Source of the DNA: a virus
IMG/VR virus record: IMGVR_UViG_3300050015_000600
Location: 1-64,000 of that record
Strand: one strand, 5' to 3'
DNA: 64,000 bases
A program made the translations under genes and the position numbers. Shown one piece after another: positions 10,405 to 20,743 of the stretch; position 1 is the stretch's first letter, and every line of letters begins with the position of its first letter. Under the pieces are notes generated by a model. It ran no database searches. It had not been told where the DNA came from and saw only the letters and a program-made list of their open reading frames with translations.

Positions 10405-11140
10405 TCATTTTCCAGTTTAATTCTTCTTGTGTGTAGAAAGATTGCGGCGTGTTGCGCTCAAGAGCTTTCTTTTCTGATATTTTAAGCTGTGATAATCTCT
10501 GTACAATCACATAGGATTCTTGATTAATCACGTCGTATATTTGTTTCATGTCGTTAGGCGTACCTATTAATAGCAGTATTCTTGCGGCTATCTCTAGTAT
10601 CGCCAAATTCTCGTATTCGTTTGGTATCGGAACTAAGTCTGTTTTGTTTACCATGTCCGGCGGTTCGCCGTAGTAAGTCAAAGTAGCGTAATCCGCTCCG
10701 GCCTCCGCACTAAAGAATAGCTTTATTCTCTGTTGGTTCGGTGTTACCGAAGTGTCTAAATCTCCAAACAAAGTATATATCGGAGAAATTGCCGTTGACT
10801 GTACAAAGCTGTTTCTTGTGTCCGCGTTAGTAGTAATAAAATATTCCCTCGGATGCGAATACCTGGCTTCTCTATAATTGCCATCCGCGCTATGTATTAC
10901 ACATCTTACCTTGTCAATATAATCCAAAGGTATAACATCGCCGCTTGCCATGTTCGACGAATACTTTTGGTAAGCCCACCCTTTGTAAGGGAGCGTTTTC
11001 GATGCGACATATTTAAATACTCTGTTTGCTGTTTTTAAAAATGTTCCCCAGCCTATGTTTACGCCGTTGTCAAGTTTCTTTAATACCTGATACACCAGCG
11101 TCTCTAGTTCTAGCATGTTCATATTCGAGTAACTAATCAT
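10373..11140 (-). CDS. Tail ring/adaptor paralogue
   Basis: IPLDYID, LTYYGEP, IPNEYENLAILEIA pattern. Confidence 0.6.
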   Translation of the reverse strand: MISYSNMNMLELETLVYQVLKKLDNGVNIGWGTFLKTANRVFKYVASKTLPYKGWAYQKYSSNMASGDVIPLDYIDKVRCVIHSADGNYREARYSHPREYFITTNADTRNSFVQSTAISPIYTLFGDLDTSVTPNQQRIKLFFSAEAGADYATLTYYGEPPDMVNKTDLVPIPNEYENLAILEIAARILLLIGTPNDMKQIYDVINQESYVIVQRLSQLKISEKKALERNTPQSFYTQEELNWKMNGWQDLYRGS

Positions 11141-11855
11141 TAACCATTTCCTCGAATTTGTTTATCATTCCCATCTCGCGTACCGCTATGTTAGCTCTTT
11201 CGTATTCCATTACGTCCCTGTTGTTCAATATCTCAGCCGCTAAAAATACTATCTTATGGTGGTATTCCCTAGGTAATATTAACGAACTTGTATAAAACTC
11301 GCCGGCAGTTCCGCTAGGCAGTGTTCCCGATACTACGAAAGTCTTCGGTTTAGCCACATAAAAGAGCGTAGCGACGTTTTTATGGTTCGGGTCGGTAAAA
11401 TATACCTCTTGGTCTTCTAAACCGCTTACGTGCGTGTGTAGCACGGTATAATAAGCACTGAAAGTTCTTACGCCGGATAAAGTATAGGTGTCGTGCTGCC
11501 AGAGTTGGTTTGTGTCAATATAAGTAGCATTGTACATGCCGTTATAAGCACCGCTTGTTCCATCTCCGCTAGCCCAAAGCCCTCTTGGATACATAATGTC
11601 ATAGCCGCTGGAGTCAACGTTAAATTGAAAATCAGTTGCAGGATTATATCCAGGAGCGTCCGCGGATTTCATAGTGACTGTTCTATAAGCAGGTCTTAAT
11701 CCCCTTTCGTCCGATTTCTTGACAAGCTCGCCTAATATCCGAAACTGTGCTTCTTGTATAGCTCTTTCTATTTCGCCGTACTCAAACCACTCACGGTCAT
11801 AAAATCCCTCGTCAAGGAATATTTCTATAGCTGATATGATTTCTGCTTTGATCAC
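11133..11855 (-). CDS. Tail ring/adaptor paralogue (GTG start)
   Basis: EIERAIQEAQ, LFYVAKP, LPREYHHKIVFLAA; close to the crAss-type ring pattern. Confidence 0.65.
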   Translation of the reverse strand: MIKAEIISAIEIFLDEGFYDREWFEYGEIERAIQEAQFRILGELVKKSDERGLRPAYRTVTMKSADAPGYNPATDFQFNVDSSGYDIMYPRGLWASGDGTSGAYNGMYNATYIDTNQLWQHDTYTLSGVRTFSAYYTVLHTHVSGLEDQEVYFTDPNHKNVATLFYVAKPKTFVVSGTLPSGTAGEFYTSSLILPREYHHKIVFLAAEILNNRDVMEYERANIAVREMGMINKFEEMVND

Positions 11856-12523
11856 TATTTCCCGCCCATTAATAACTTAAGTAGGTATTTAGAATATTCT
11901 AATATTGTATTGAATGAAGTTTCGTCAACGTTCACGCCTTCTCTGTTTGCCCGCGCTACCATCTTGTTCTTAAACTCACGTTGCGTCTGCGGCTCTTTAA
12001 AGCCTAATACAGTAGCACCGAGTTCGCAAATAACGCCTAAATACATGTCGTCTTGAAAAGCTATATTGTCACCCGATGTTACTATAGCCGGAGGATATTC
12101 GTAATAGTATATTTTAAAATCATACCATTGGGTTGTATTATAATATAAATCATCGTTTATTAATCCGATAGTAGTACTGGAGACTGTATCGTATAAATAC
12201 GGTATAGCGTTCGCACCTAATAGTATTTCTGCACGGTATGGTATTCCTGCGCCGTCTAGCACATATCCTTCTGCCGCATAGGCAAAATTAACCGGAAAAG
12301 CCGGATTGGCTTTGACATAAGGAACTTTACACATCAAGAAACCCAATAAATGAGAATCCTGCGATTCAAGAATATAGTCCACGAGCATATCCTGTGCCAT
12401 GTTTAAGCATAGTAATATCTCGTCGTCGCGGTAAAAAGAACCTCTCCGAGCGTTTGTCGGCAAATCGGCTCCTATATCTTCCATGCGCCGTCTAACTATA
12501 TCTATCATCTGTGTAGTTGTCAT
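11855..12523 (-). CDS. Tail ring/adaptor paralogue
   Basis: DDEILLCLNMAQ, FPVNF, IYYYEYP pattern. Confidence 0.65.
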   Translation of the reverse strand: MTTTQMIDIVRRRMEDIGADLPTNARRGSFYRDDEILLCLNMAQDMLVDYILESQDSHLLGFLMCKVPYVKANPAFPVNFAYAAEGYVLDGAGIPYRAEILLGANAIPYLYDTVSSTTIGLINDDLYYNTTQWYDFKIYYYEYPPAIVTSGDNIAFQDDMYLGVICELGATVLGFKEPQTQREFKNKMVARANREGVNVDETSFNTILEYSKYLLKLLMGGK

Positions 12524-12927
12524 TATTCCATCATTCCTTGTTCTTCATTACCATAACCCATTTCTTGCGGCATACCTTGCATCGGTGCGGAACCCATTTG
12601 TTCCCGAGGCGGCATTTCTCCGCCTTGTGGAGCTTGCATACCCCCGCCGCCCATTGGCGGTTGCATAGATTGCTGCGCCTGCATGCCTTGATCCATCATC
12701 TGCGCGGACTTGCCTAACAACTCTAACATCTGTGCGGCTTCGCGCTGTTGCTTCTCTAACTGTATCTGACGGAGCATTATATCCATCTTCGTTTCTTCTA
12801 ACTCTTTGCCTTTTTGATGTTGCTTGGCTTGCATAACAGCAAGGTTGAACATCAAAGCGTCTTTGTTCTTCTTGTCCTCTTTGTTCAAAGGCGGCATCTC
12901 GTTAGTATTGTTTTCTTGATTTATCAT
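12523..12927 (-). CDS. Hypothetical Q/M/G-rich protein
   Basis: Coiled coil followed by a low-complexity QGM/PPM tail. Confidence 0.55.
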   Translation of the reverse strand: MINQENNTNEMPPLNKEDKKNKDALMFNLAVMQAKQHQKGKELEETKMDIMLRQIQLEKQQREAAQMLELLGKSAQMMDQGMQAQQSMQPPMGGGGMQAPQGGEMPPREQMGSAPMQGMPQEMGYGNEEQGMME

Positions 12928-12939
12928 TGTTATTTCCTA

Positions 12940-13227
12940 TTATGTTGGAGTTTCTTCTGGTGTTTGTTGGTCGCCAGCTATATGGAACCAATCTGCTTCT
13001 GTGTCTATTCCTATTGCCATATAAAATTCTTTACTATATGTATCATACATAAAATCACCTATTTTGTTAGGCGTTGTAAGCGGCAAATCTACATTCGCAT
13101 GTTCTTCATCACTTGAATCATAAGTATATGTTATAGGTATTCTGCTTTCTAATTTTAAAAGCCGCTCTAATAAATCCAAATATTCTTTCTTGAATGCCCG
13201 CTCAAGTTCTATTAATGACATATTCAT
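12940..13227 (-). CDS. Small structural protein with fibre-type module
   Basis: PNKIGDFMYDTYSKEFYMAIG...DW. Confidence 0.45.
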   Translation of the reverse strand: MNMSLIELERAFKKEYLDLLERLLKLESRIPITYTYDSSDEEHANVDLPLTTPNKIGDFMYDTYSKEFYMAIGIDTEADWFHIAGDQQTPEETPT

Positions 13228-13248
13228 GCCACGCTCCGTCTATATTAT

Positions 13249-13626
13249 TTATTCGTATTCTTTGTCATGTGAAGTGAGATAGCGTCTTTCATACTCTTGT
13301 TCGCGCACGATAGATTCGGGAAGTTTATTCTCGTATATCACTACATCAAACAAATCTGTATTTCTTAAGAAATCTATCTGGCTTTTATTGTTCGTGAGGT
13401 ATGCGCCTCTTTTGAACATAATTTGTTCTTCATCGCCGGTTTTAGTATTTTCATACTTGATCGTTGTTTCGTAATCTGTCGAACAGAATATTACTTCTTC
13501 GTAAGGCTTTTTGTTGGGTGCTTTGTTAGCTTCCCATTGCTTTTTCACGTATGCGTAATCGTGATTTTGAGCTATATGCGATAAAGTGTTCTTTACCTTG
13601 CTCAGTTTTATAAAATTATCCGCCAT
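13249..13626 (-). CDS. Hypothetical protein
   Basis: 125 aa; AAGGAG Shine-Dalgarno upstream. Confidence 0.6.
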   Translation of the reverse strand: MADNFIKLSKVKNTLSHIAQNHDYAYVKKQWEANKAPNKKPYEEVIFCSTDYETTIKYENTKTGDEEQIMFKRGAYLTNNKSQIDFLRNTDLFDVVIYENKLPESIVREQEYERRYLTSHDKEYE

Positions 13627-13668
13627 AGTCGTTGCTCCTTGTATGTTTTAAAATTATATACGGTATAT

Positions 13669-13902
13669 CTATACCTTTTTTGTTTTTGATTCGAGCATAT
13701 TCTTAATTCTTAATCTGCCCTGCTCGTTATTTATAGGCTTTGTTGTATCTGTCTTGGTAGTGTCGCTGGTAGTTTTAGTTGTCGAATCCCATTTCTTGGT
13801 CATTTCGTAGCCTTTCTTTGGGTCTCCGCCGGTTTTCTGGTATTTCCAACTGCCGTCTGCGTTCTTCTTGTTAAACTTGCCTTGCGCTGTTATGTCTGCC
13901 AT
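13669..13902 (-). CDS. Hypothetical K/T-rich protein
   Basis: 77 aa; GAGG upstream; DSTTKTTSDTTKTDTT repeat. Confidence 0.55.
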   Translation of the reverse strand: MADITAQGKFNKKNADGSWKYQKTGGDPKKGYEMTKKWDSTTKTTSDTTKTDTTKPINNEQGRLRIKNMLESKTKKV

Positions 13903-13914
13903 GTCATCCTCTTT

Positions 13915-13943
13915 AAATAAAAGGGCGAGGACACCCCGCCCTT
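13915..13943 (-). terminator. Intrinsic terminator after the capsid genes
   Basis: On the minus strand AAGGGCGGGG-TGT-CCTCGCCCTT followed by TTATTT. Confidence 0.75.
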
Positions 13944-13959
13944 GATTCTAAACAATTAA

Positions 13960-14676
13960 CTATATACTAGTATCTGTGCCTTTGCTTACATAACCATAGA
14001 ATGTATCGTCGGCTGTGCCGGAAGTATTACGAGGTTCGTAACCTTGTTCCGCAGTCGGATCCCAGTAGTTCAAGAAATCGTCAGGATTCATAGTCTTGGT
14101 GATTTTAAATGCTTCGGAATAATACGGATTGCATCCATCAACTAATGCCAAAGGCAATGTTAATGCAATAGTACCGTCGCCGCTTGCATCGCCTGTACCA
14201 ACACTCATAAATACTTGGCCGGTGCGGTATGTTGAAGTACCGTATGTTACTGAACCGGTTTCTACGCTGTACCATGCACCGCTTGTGCCTGGAGTAACAC
14301 CTGCCGAAGCATCCAACAAAGGAGCTTCGAAGAATGTTGAACCATCCCATCCGCTTCTTAATGAGCCTAATGTAGCACCTGTAGCAGTAGTCAATGTTAA
14401 TGTACCCATACCTACTCTCTCCGCGCGTGATGTCCAAGTAGTACCTGCGGTATTGCCCGATAAGTCTGCCGGACGGATGAACATTAAATCGCTGTAGAAT
14501 GTTCCGCTCTTGTCGAAAGCATCTATTACATAACCGGAGGTTGGTGTTCCTGTGGCTGAGTTGCCGTCGCGTGTAGTATTATCGCCAACGGTTAATACGC
14601 CGTTGAAGAAAATGTGGCGGCTTTGACCTTCTTCGGTCAACAGCATCAAACCTGGGTTTACTGAAATATATCTCAT
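13960..14676 (-). CDS. Auxiliary capsid/decoration protein (putative)
   Basis: Immediately downstream of the major capsid gene and before the terminator; strong AGGAG SD; T/G-rich. Confidence 0.5.
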   Translation of the reverse strand: MRYISVNPGLMLLTEEGQSRHIFFNGVLTVGDNTTRDGNSATGTPTSGYVIDAFDKSGTFYSDLMFIRPADLSGNTAGTTWTSRAERVGMGTLTLTTATGATLGSLRSGWDGSTFFEAPLLDASAGVTPGTSGAWYSVETGSVTYGTSTYRTGQVFMSVGTGDASGDGTIALTLPLALVDGCNPYYSEAFKITKTMNPDDFLNYWDPTAEQGYEPRNTSGTADDTFYGYVSKGTDTSI

Positions 14677-14688
14677 GTTGTTATCTCC

Positions 14689-16044
14689 TTACACAAACGC
14701 TTGTGAATTATAAGTTTTGAGTAAAGCGTGATGTTGTTCCAAATGGAAAGCAATAGTGCCTTGCCATTCTATCATCATTTTCTTATCGCGTTCATTTGCT
14801 AATGTGTAATCTTTTGTTTCAAAGTCTTTTACAACTCTTAATTCTTGCTGTGAAGGATCAATCACGGCCAACCAGTTAGTCATTTCTGTCTGTGGTTGGA
14901 AGATATTGTTTGCTTGAAGCAAGCCTAATTTAAATCCGCCTGGGATTAAATAAGATTCAATATCTAAACCAAATGATTTGCCCACGTCCTCCGGTGAAAG
15001 ACCTGTAGTTCTGCGATAGTCTTTGAAGCTATTAGCAAAATTCTTGTTTAACTGTTGTCCAATCAAACCAATTTTCTTGTTGTCTTCGCCGAAACGGAAC
15101 CCTTGGTCAAGCAAGAATGATTGTATCATCATTTCATAGTCTGTGACTTGGAACGGATTGTAGTAAGCGACATTGGTTTTTACTGTATTCAAGAAGCCAT
15201 TCATGTGAAGCTCTGTTCTCTTACCGGTTCCGTCTATAGAACGTTTACCGAAGAACATGTTCTTTTCAATAGCGTCTTTGAATTTTTGCCACGATTTTTC
15301 AACTTGGAAATCCCAATCCGGTTTTGTCAGTTTGGTTTGAATCCATGCGTATTGATCCTCTGTCATCTCGACTACTGCTTCTTGGTGCTCTACGAAGTTA
15401 CAGTTGTACATGATGTCGAACTGTTGCCCGATAGACTCAATCTTTTGCGATTCTACCAAGGTATGGCCGATAAAGTTTACGTAATTAGTAGTAATTTTCT
15501 TCAAGCCGAAAGGTTTGATATTCTTTACTACGATACAGCCTTCTTTACAAGTGCTCACCATTGCCTGTCCTGTCACACCTGTGCCAGCTACGCTGTCAGG
15601 CACTAATTCAGGTGCAGTATGGTTATCGCCAAGGTATTTAACCGCTGTCGGGGTCATAATTACTTCAACTACATCGTCAGTGCCATGGATATAGAACTTA
15701 TCCTGTGGTTGCCAAATCATTGATCCTTTTGTTTCAGGGCGTGTCAAGCCTGCTAATTCAATCAAAGCGTATCTTTCCCAGGCTACCGCTGTCGCTTCGC
15801 CCATCGTCGCTTGATTGATTTTGTCCAGTGAGTTCCAATTATGATACTCGCGTACCACAACTTTTGTACCTTTAGGTTTCGCGCCTCTTTTGAGGATTGA
15901 ACTCGCTAAGGTTAAGAATGGTGTTCTCTGATAGTTCAATTCCCGAATATCTGAGGATATATCCTCAAATACCTCACGAGGATTCGCGGAGGTAGAACTT
16001 CTCGGATTTGCCACCCTTACTTTGTTGTTATATTCATTTTGCAT
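14689..16044 (-). CDS. Major capsid protein
   Basis: 451 aa after portal and scaffold; TPFLTLAS, EKNMFFGKR, HMNGFLNTV, EWQGTIAFHLEQHHALL patterns; very strong SD (AAGGAGAGG). Confidence 0.75.
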   Translation of the reverse strand: MQNEYNNKVRVANPRSSTSANPREVFEDISSDIRELNYQRTPFLTLASSILKRGAKPKGTKVVVREYHNWNSLDKINQATMGEATAVAWERYALIELAGLTRPETKGSMIWQPQDKFYIHGTDDVVEVIMTPTAVKYLGDNHTAPELVPDSVAGTGVTGQAMVSTCKEGCIVVKNIKPFGLKKITTNYVNFIGHTLVESQKIESIGQQFDIMYNCNFVEHQEAVVEMTEDQYAWIQTKLTKPDWDFQVEKSWQKFKDAIEKNMFFGKRSIDGTGKRTELHMNGFLNTVKTNVAYYNPFQVTDYEMMIQSFLLDQGFRFGEDNKKIGLIGQQLNKNFANSFKDYRRTTGLSPEDVGKSFGLDIESYLIPGGFKLGLLQANNIFQPQTEMTNWLAVIDPSQQELRVVKDFETKDYTLANERDKKMMIEWQGTIAFHLEQHHALLKTYNSQAFV

Positions 16045-16087
16045 GTAATTTATCCTCTCCTTTGGTTTGTTTTTAAATTCATGCTAA

Positions 16088-16927
16088 TTAAAATAGATTG
16101 TCTATTCTTTTTTGATTTTCTCGTCTTGCTTCTGCCGGCGTCATCTTTTCCCAGTCAACGTCTTTCTCTTTTGTTGTCACTTCTTGCGCGGCAATTGTCT
16201 TTAATACATTGGGAATGCCAGCCTGTTTATTCATTTTGCTTGCCGCTGTTTGTTTCGTGCCTGGTATCTTCGTCTTTGCCGCGTCAGGGAAAGCGGAGAT
16301 TAATAATCTCGCTACCATCTTCTCTGTCATAGGCAGTACCGGCAATCCTAATTTTACGCGTTCCCGTACCTGTTCGCCGTATAAATCGTCATACGCGCGG
16401 GACAATACATCTATGTTGCCAGTGCTCGCTTCTACGCCCGCCTGGCTCATTTTTTCTATAATTATCTGACTATTCTTGTCAGTAGTAGATTTCTCCACTT
16501 GCTGATTTTTCATCGCCGCTAATTCATTCTGCATGCGCTGTAATTCTTTCTGTACCTTTGGCGGTAGCGGTTCTTCATCTTCTTGCGCCGGTTGCCCGTC
16601 TGTTTCTAAGTGAATCTTAAATAACGCCTCTAAAATAGTCTTATCGTCGTATCCTTCTGCTCTGTAATGCACTATATCCTGCATCACTTTACTTCCCGCG
16701 TAAGCATCTACTATAGCATCTAATTGATTGCTCGCTTGCTTCGGTGTTGCTTGTGCCGCTGGCGTTTCCGGCTGTATGCCGAAATTTAAACCAAAGAACG
16801 TTAAATCACTATCGTCGTCTTCTACTTCCAGCTCCGGTTCTTCGATCTCCGGCTGTTCTAATTCAGGCTCGTTTTCCAAGCCATTTTCTAATTCATCTTC
16901 CATATTATTGTTGCTCCTGTAATACAC
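16088..16927 (-). CDS. Scaffolding protein (putative)
   Basis: Very acidic N-terminus plus coiled coil, between portal and capsid. Confidence 0.6.
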   Translation of the reverse strand: MYYRSNNNMEDELENGLENEPELEQPEIEEPELEVEDDDSDLTFFGLNFGIQPETPAAQATPKQASNQLDAIVDAYAGSKVMQDIVHYRAEGYDDKTILEALFKIHLETDGQPAQEDEEPLPPKVQKELQRMQNELAAMKNQQVEKSTTDKNSQIIIEKMSQAGVEASTGNIDVLSRAYDDLYGEQVRERVKLGLPVLPMTEKMVARLLISAFPDAAKTKIPGTKQTAASKMNKQAGIPNVLKTIAAQEVTTKEKDVDWEKMTPAEARRENQKRIDNLF

Positions 16928-18893
16928 TATTTATCTCTTGTTCACTTGGAGTTTTTGCCTGCATAGCCGCCAACTCCTGCTGTGATTTTACTAAATCTTC
17001 TTTTGCCATCTCTATATCTTCAACGGCACTTTCTATTTCTTCTTTTTGTTTTTCGACTTGTTTTAACTGAGTACGCAGATTGCTGTTCTCTACGCCTTTC
17101 AGTAGTTTTTGATATTCCATTAACTGCGCTTGCAATTCCGAATACTTCTTGCTTAAGTCTAAATCTTTTAAAAGTTCTTCTTTCTCGGTCTGCGGGAAGT
17201 CCGATAGTTTAAGCATTATCGGCATCCATACGTAAGGTGAAATCGCTCCGCCGGAAGTTTGCAATATCTTAGTCAATTGTTCTAAGTTTTGCTGTTTAAC
17301 TGTTGCGCTGTTTACCGCCTCGTCAACAGTAATATCTACTTTTAATTCACGTAATGTGTCTAAGAAACCATCGTCTAAATTAACTATATCTATGTCTGTC
17401 TGCCCGACAACACGCATTATCTGCGCTTCGCTCATATAATTCTTAATCCACCATACCATACGCAAGGCTACATTCTTTTTCCAAAGTCTTAGGTTATCAT
17501 ACATCGGAAGTCTAGCCAACCCGCCTTGTTGTGCGCGTATAGCTGCTGCCTTACCTGATTCACTTGCGCTTTCGCCAGTACCATTTAAGTTACTGCCTCC
17601 GGCGATAGATTCTATTGCTGATGTTGATAATTGAATACCCGCGAACATTTCAGGATTAACCTGTATGTTCGGCAACGGACGCAATGCTTCGTGATTCATA
17701 ACCGGAATAATAGTAGCTGTCTTACTCACTTCCGCGCGTAAATCTTCTAGCGTAAAATCCCTTCTTAACAAAGTAGTAATAACACTCATACCTTGTTTCA
17801 TCTGCTTGCCGACTTGCAAATCCCATTGCGATAACATTCTGTTTATCATAGTCTGCGGATGTATCATATCGTTTACTACAGCGGTGTAATCACCATCATC
17901 ATCGTAAGCGCAATACACTACATAAGGGAAATCATTCATTGCCGTCATATAGGCGCGTATTACTTTGTCGCCTACCATTATAGTCTGATATATTCGGTTT
18001 ACTTGTTGGCTATGTATTTGAACAAGCTGGCTGCCCTGTTCGTCGTATATCGCTGTGCCGTCGGCTGTGTATTGAGTTATCAACCCGTCAAAGAAATCCG
18101 TAGCTTCTGTTTCGTCCGAGAACTTTGTTATGTTGCCGGCTAATTCATCGCTCACTAACCATTCTAATACCATATAGCGTTCATAGTGCTCAAATATGTC
18201 CACCATCTCGTTATTCCAGCGCGCTAAAGCATCTACTTCGCGGTTAGTTTTCTCGTTATATACAAAACCGTCAGGCGATCCTTGCGCGTATATTTCTTCT
18301 ACTTTGTCAGGGAATAACGTTCCGGCTTCTTTCTTTGTAGTATGCTGTACTCTGCCCATCCAAGAACAGTCCGACTTGTCTTTTTTCTTTGAATTTAAGT
18401 CCCAATATAATTGGTTGAATGGTATTTTCTCTACAAAAGAATAACCAAAATCAAGGTCTTCGCTTTCCCATCTTACCGAGCAAGCTCCAAAACCTTTGAC
18501 TACGCCGTCTTCAAAGACTTCCGTCTCCACAATGTCAATGTCTGAGTTTTGCTCAGTCCATTTTAAAATATGTTGTAATAATTCCACTTTGTTTTCATCG
18601 CCTGGTTCGCGCGGAAGCAATTTAACATCCATACGAGTTTGTATCTGCGTACCTATCATGTGGTCAACGTATCTCTTTATGTAGTTAAATACATACGCTA
18701 TACGCTGCTGTACTTCGTGCAAATGTTTCTCTTGGTCTGTCCACTGATTACCCTTGCGCCACTCGGCGTTTCTATGTCCTATTCTTTGTTTAGCATGGAA
18801 AGCGTCACGCACCTCGTCAAAATCCTTTCTGACTTTTGTTCTGCGCGCTTCAACGTCTTTCGTATCTATTATATTTTTATTTACTAATTGCAT
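16905..18893 (-). CDS. Portal protein (P22-like)
   Basis: GNQWT, FNYIKRYVDHMIG, EDGVVKGFG, FPYV, VNDMIHPQTMINR, ESGKAAAIRAQQG and a C-terminal coiled-coil barrel. Confidence 0.9.
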   Translation of the reverse strand: MQLVNKNIIDTKDVEARRTKVRKDFDEVRDAFHAKQRIGHRNAEWRKGNQWTDQEKHLHEVQQRIAYVFNYIKRYVDHMIGTQIQTRMDVKLLPREPGDENKVELLQHILKWTEQNSDIDIVETEVFEDGVVKGFGACSVRWESEDLDFGYSFVEKIPFNQLYWDLNSKKKDKSDCSWMGRVQHTTKKEAGTLFPDKVEEIYAQGSPDGFVYNEKTNREVDALARWNNEMVDIFEHYERYMVLEWLVSDELAGNITKFSDETEATDFFDGLITQYTADGTAIYDEQGSQLVQIHSQQVNRIYQTIMVGDKVIRAYMTAMNDFPYVVYCAYDDDGDYTAVVNDMIHPQTMINRMLSQWDLQVGKQMKQGMSVITTLLRRDFTLEDLRAEVSKTATIIPVMNHEALRPLPNIQVNPEMFAGIQLSTSAIESIAGGSNLNGTGESASESGKAAAIRAQQGGLARLPMYDNLRLWKKNVALRMVWWIKNYMSEAQIMRVVGQTDIDIVNLDDGFLDTLRELKVDITVDEAVNSATVKQQNLEQLTKILQTSGGAISPYVWMPIMLKLSDFPQTEKEELLKDLDLSKKYSELQAQLMEYQKLLKGVENSNLRTQLKQVEKQKEEIESAVEDIEMAKEDLVKSQQELAAMQAKTPSEQEINSVLQEQQ

Positions 18894-18901
18894 TTATTTC
18901 C

Positions 18902-20353
18902 TTAGTATATTGCCGCCACGGATGCCGTTTCATAAGCACCGTAAAGTAATTTATCTCTTAGCCATTCTATACCGTCGTTTTCGGATTTATCGTCTGTTGG
19001 ATTGAGTGCTGCGTTACGTATTATTTCCTGCATGGTATATGTCGGTAGTTGCAATCCCGATATTACTGCATAACGCAAAGCGTCAGCCGCATCGTCAGCA
19101 CCCTTTGTATCCAAATCCATCTTTTTCTTATTATCGGTAGAGGCTACGTATTGTAGCGAAGGTAGAGTAGTAATTAGCGTCTGGCAGTCTTCGAAGAAAT
19201 ACATCAAAGATTCTTTGCCTATATGTTGTTCGTGGTCTAACCATTGCTTTAATAAAGTCCAGCCCGTCACGCGGTCATTGCTTGCCGGTATTAATGGCAT
19301 ACCCTCTCCCATAAACAGCATTGCCGCGGACTGATCCGCCTCGCTTCTTCTGTTGCCATTGCCGTACATACTAGGGTCGCAAAAATAACCCTGGATTTCC
19401 TCATCCCCCGATAATTCTTTTATGTCGCGTATAAATGTTTCTATTGAATGCGAACTTGTGTATTCACGGTAAACATAGGTTTTAAAATTTTCTGGATTCT
19501 GAGCCAGCCATAAGCACACTGTCGGATGCTCTTTGGTAAAGCCCATGTCTATGCCGCATATTCTTAACCAATCGTCCGGTATGTCGAAAGCGGGAATAAC
19601 GTGAATGTTTGCGTTGAACTCTGTAAAATATTGCCCAAAGAAAACATTCCAATCGCCTTCTAACCATGCCCTGCGCTGATGTTCCGGCAACGCTTGTAGT
19701 TTTAATATATAATCAGGGTCATTGTCACAAACGCTTGGATTATCGTAAGCGGAACTAAAAACGTATTTAAACTTATCTTTAAAAGTCAATTCCGCTGGCG
19801 ACCAACGGCTATAGTCGGGACTGATAAAATGCGTCTTAAACCAATGGTCACTCCTGCCACCTGGATTGCCCGTCATTAAAAGACTAGGAACAAAGCCAGG
19901 GAATCTGTCTGTCTTACGTAAAGAACCGGTTATCTTAACTATAGTGTCCTCTAAATGCGTATTCGCCTCATCAAGCACAGCAAACTGAAACTCAATACCT
20001 AATACTTTTTCCAAATCCTTCGCCGAATCTAACGGCTGAAACTCTATCATTGACCCATTCTGAAAAACAAAAGCGTTGTTCTTGCGGTCTAATCTATATC
20101 CAAAGATTTTTTCAGGGAACATCCATTTCTTGCCGATGAAGTTTTTTCTTAATTCCGGCAGGGTTCTACGAATGACAACACAAGTTAGTCCTGGATACCT
20201 GCAACACAATACCATACAAGCAGCTAACGCCAAATAGCTTTTCCCACCTGACCTCGCACCTCCAAAAAAGATATAGTAGCCAAGCCCAATCATATCCATG
20301 ACTTGCCTTTGTTTCGGATGAAGTTTAATATAATCGCTCATCTTCTTAGCCAT
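18902..20353 (-). CDS. terL: Terminase large subunit
   Basis: GGARSGGKS Walker A, LDEA Walker B, TGNPGG, GIDMG nuclease motif, DDAADALRY. Confidence 0.95.
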   Translation of the reverse strand: MAKKMSDYIKLHPKQRQVMDMIGLGYYIFFGGARSGGKSYLALAACMVLCCRYPGLTCVVIRRTLPELRKNFIGKKWMFPEKIFGYRLDRKNNAFVFQNGSMIEFQPLDSAKDLEKVLGIEFQFAVLDEANTHLEDTIVKITGSLRKTDRFPGFVPSLLMTGNPGGRSDHWFKTHFISPDYSRWSPAELTFKDKFKYVFSSAYDNPSVCDNDPDYILKLQALPEHQRRAWLEGDWNVFFGQYFTEFNANIHVIPAFDIPDDWLRICGIDMGFTKEHPTVCLWLAQNPENFKTYVYREYTSSHSIETFIRDIKELSGDEEIQGYFCDPSMYGNGNRRSEADQSAAMLFMGEGMPLIPASNDRVTGWTLLKQWLDHEQHIGKESLMYFFEDCQTLITTLPSLQYVASTDNKKKMDLDTKGADDAADALRYAVISGLQLPTYTMQEIIRNAALNPTDDKSENDGIEWLRDKLLYGAYETASVAAIY

Positions 20354-20640
20354 TATATGTCATCCACTAAATCTTCTTGTTCTTTTGGTTTGTTCAATCG
20401 TTTTTCCAAATGGTCTGCATATTTCAATATCGCCAAGTCTGCCTTGATCCTTGTCTCCGGTACTATATCAGGGTCATGTAATACGCCGTACATAATCATA
20501 CTGCCTCTCACTAACATAGCGTCTATAAGGCCTTGCGTCTTGTCTATATCTAATACTACAGGCAAATCATTGCTCTGTATCATTTGATATAATTTTATCT
20601 GTTCGGGCGTCTCCGCGGTATCTGTCAATTTATCTGTCAT
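20353..20640 (-). CDS. Terminase small subunit (positional candidate)
   Basis: 95-aa helical ORF directly upstream of and coupled to terL. Confidence 0.4.
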   Translation of the reverse strand: MTDKLTDTAETPEQIKLYQMIQSNDLPVVLDIDKTQGLIDAMLVRGSMIMYGVLHDPDIVPETRIKADLAILKYADHLEKRLNKPKEQEDLVDDI

Positions 20641-20673
20641 TTTGGTAGTAACGGGGCAAGTGTCTATTTATTG

Positions 20674-20703
20674 CAAACATAAAAAAAAGTTGCTATGAAC
20701 AAA
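20674..20703 (-). promoter_or_regulatory. Bacteroidota-type promoter for the packaging/virion operon (18-nt spacer)
   Basis: TTTG-N18-TATGTTTG on the minus strand. Confidence 0.5.
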
Positions 20704-20743
20704 CATAACAACTTTTCTTGTGTCTTAGAACCTTAAAATAATT

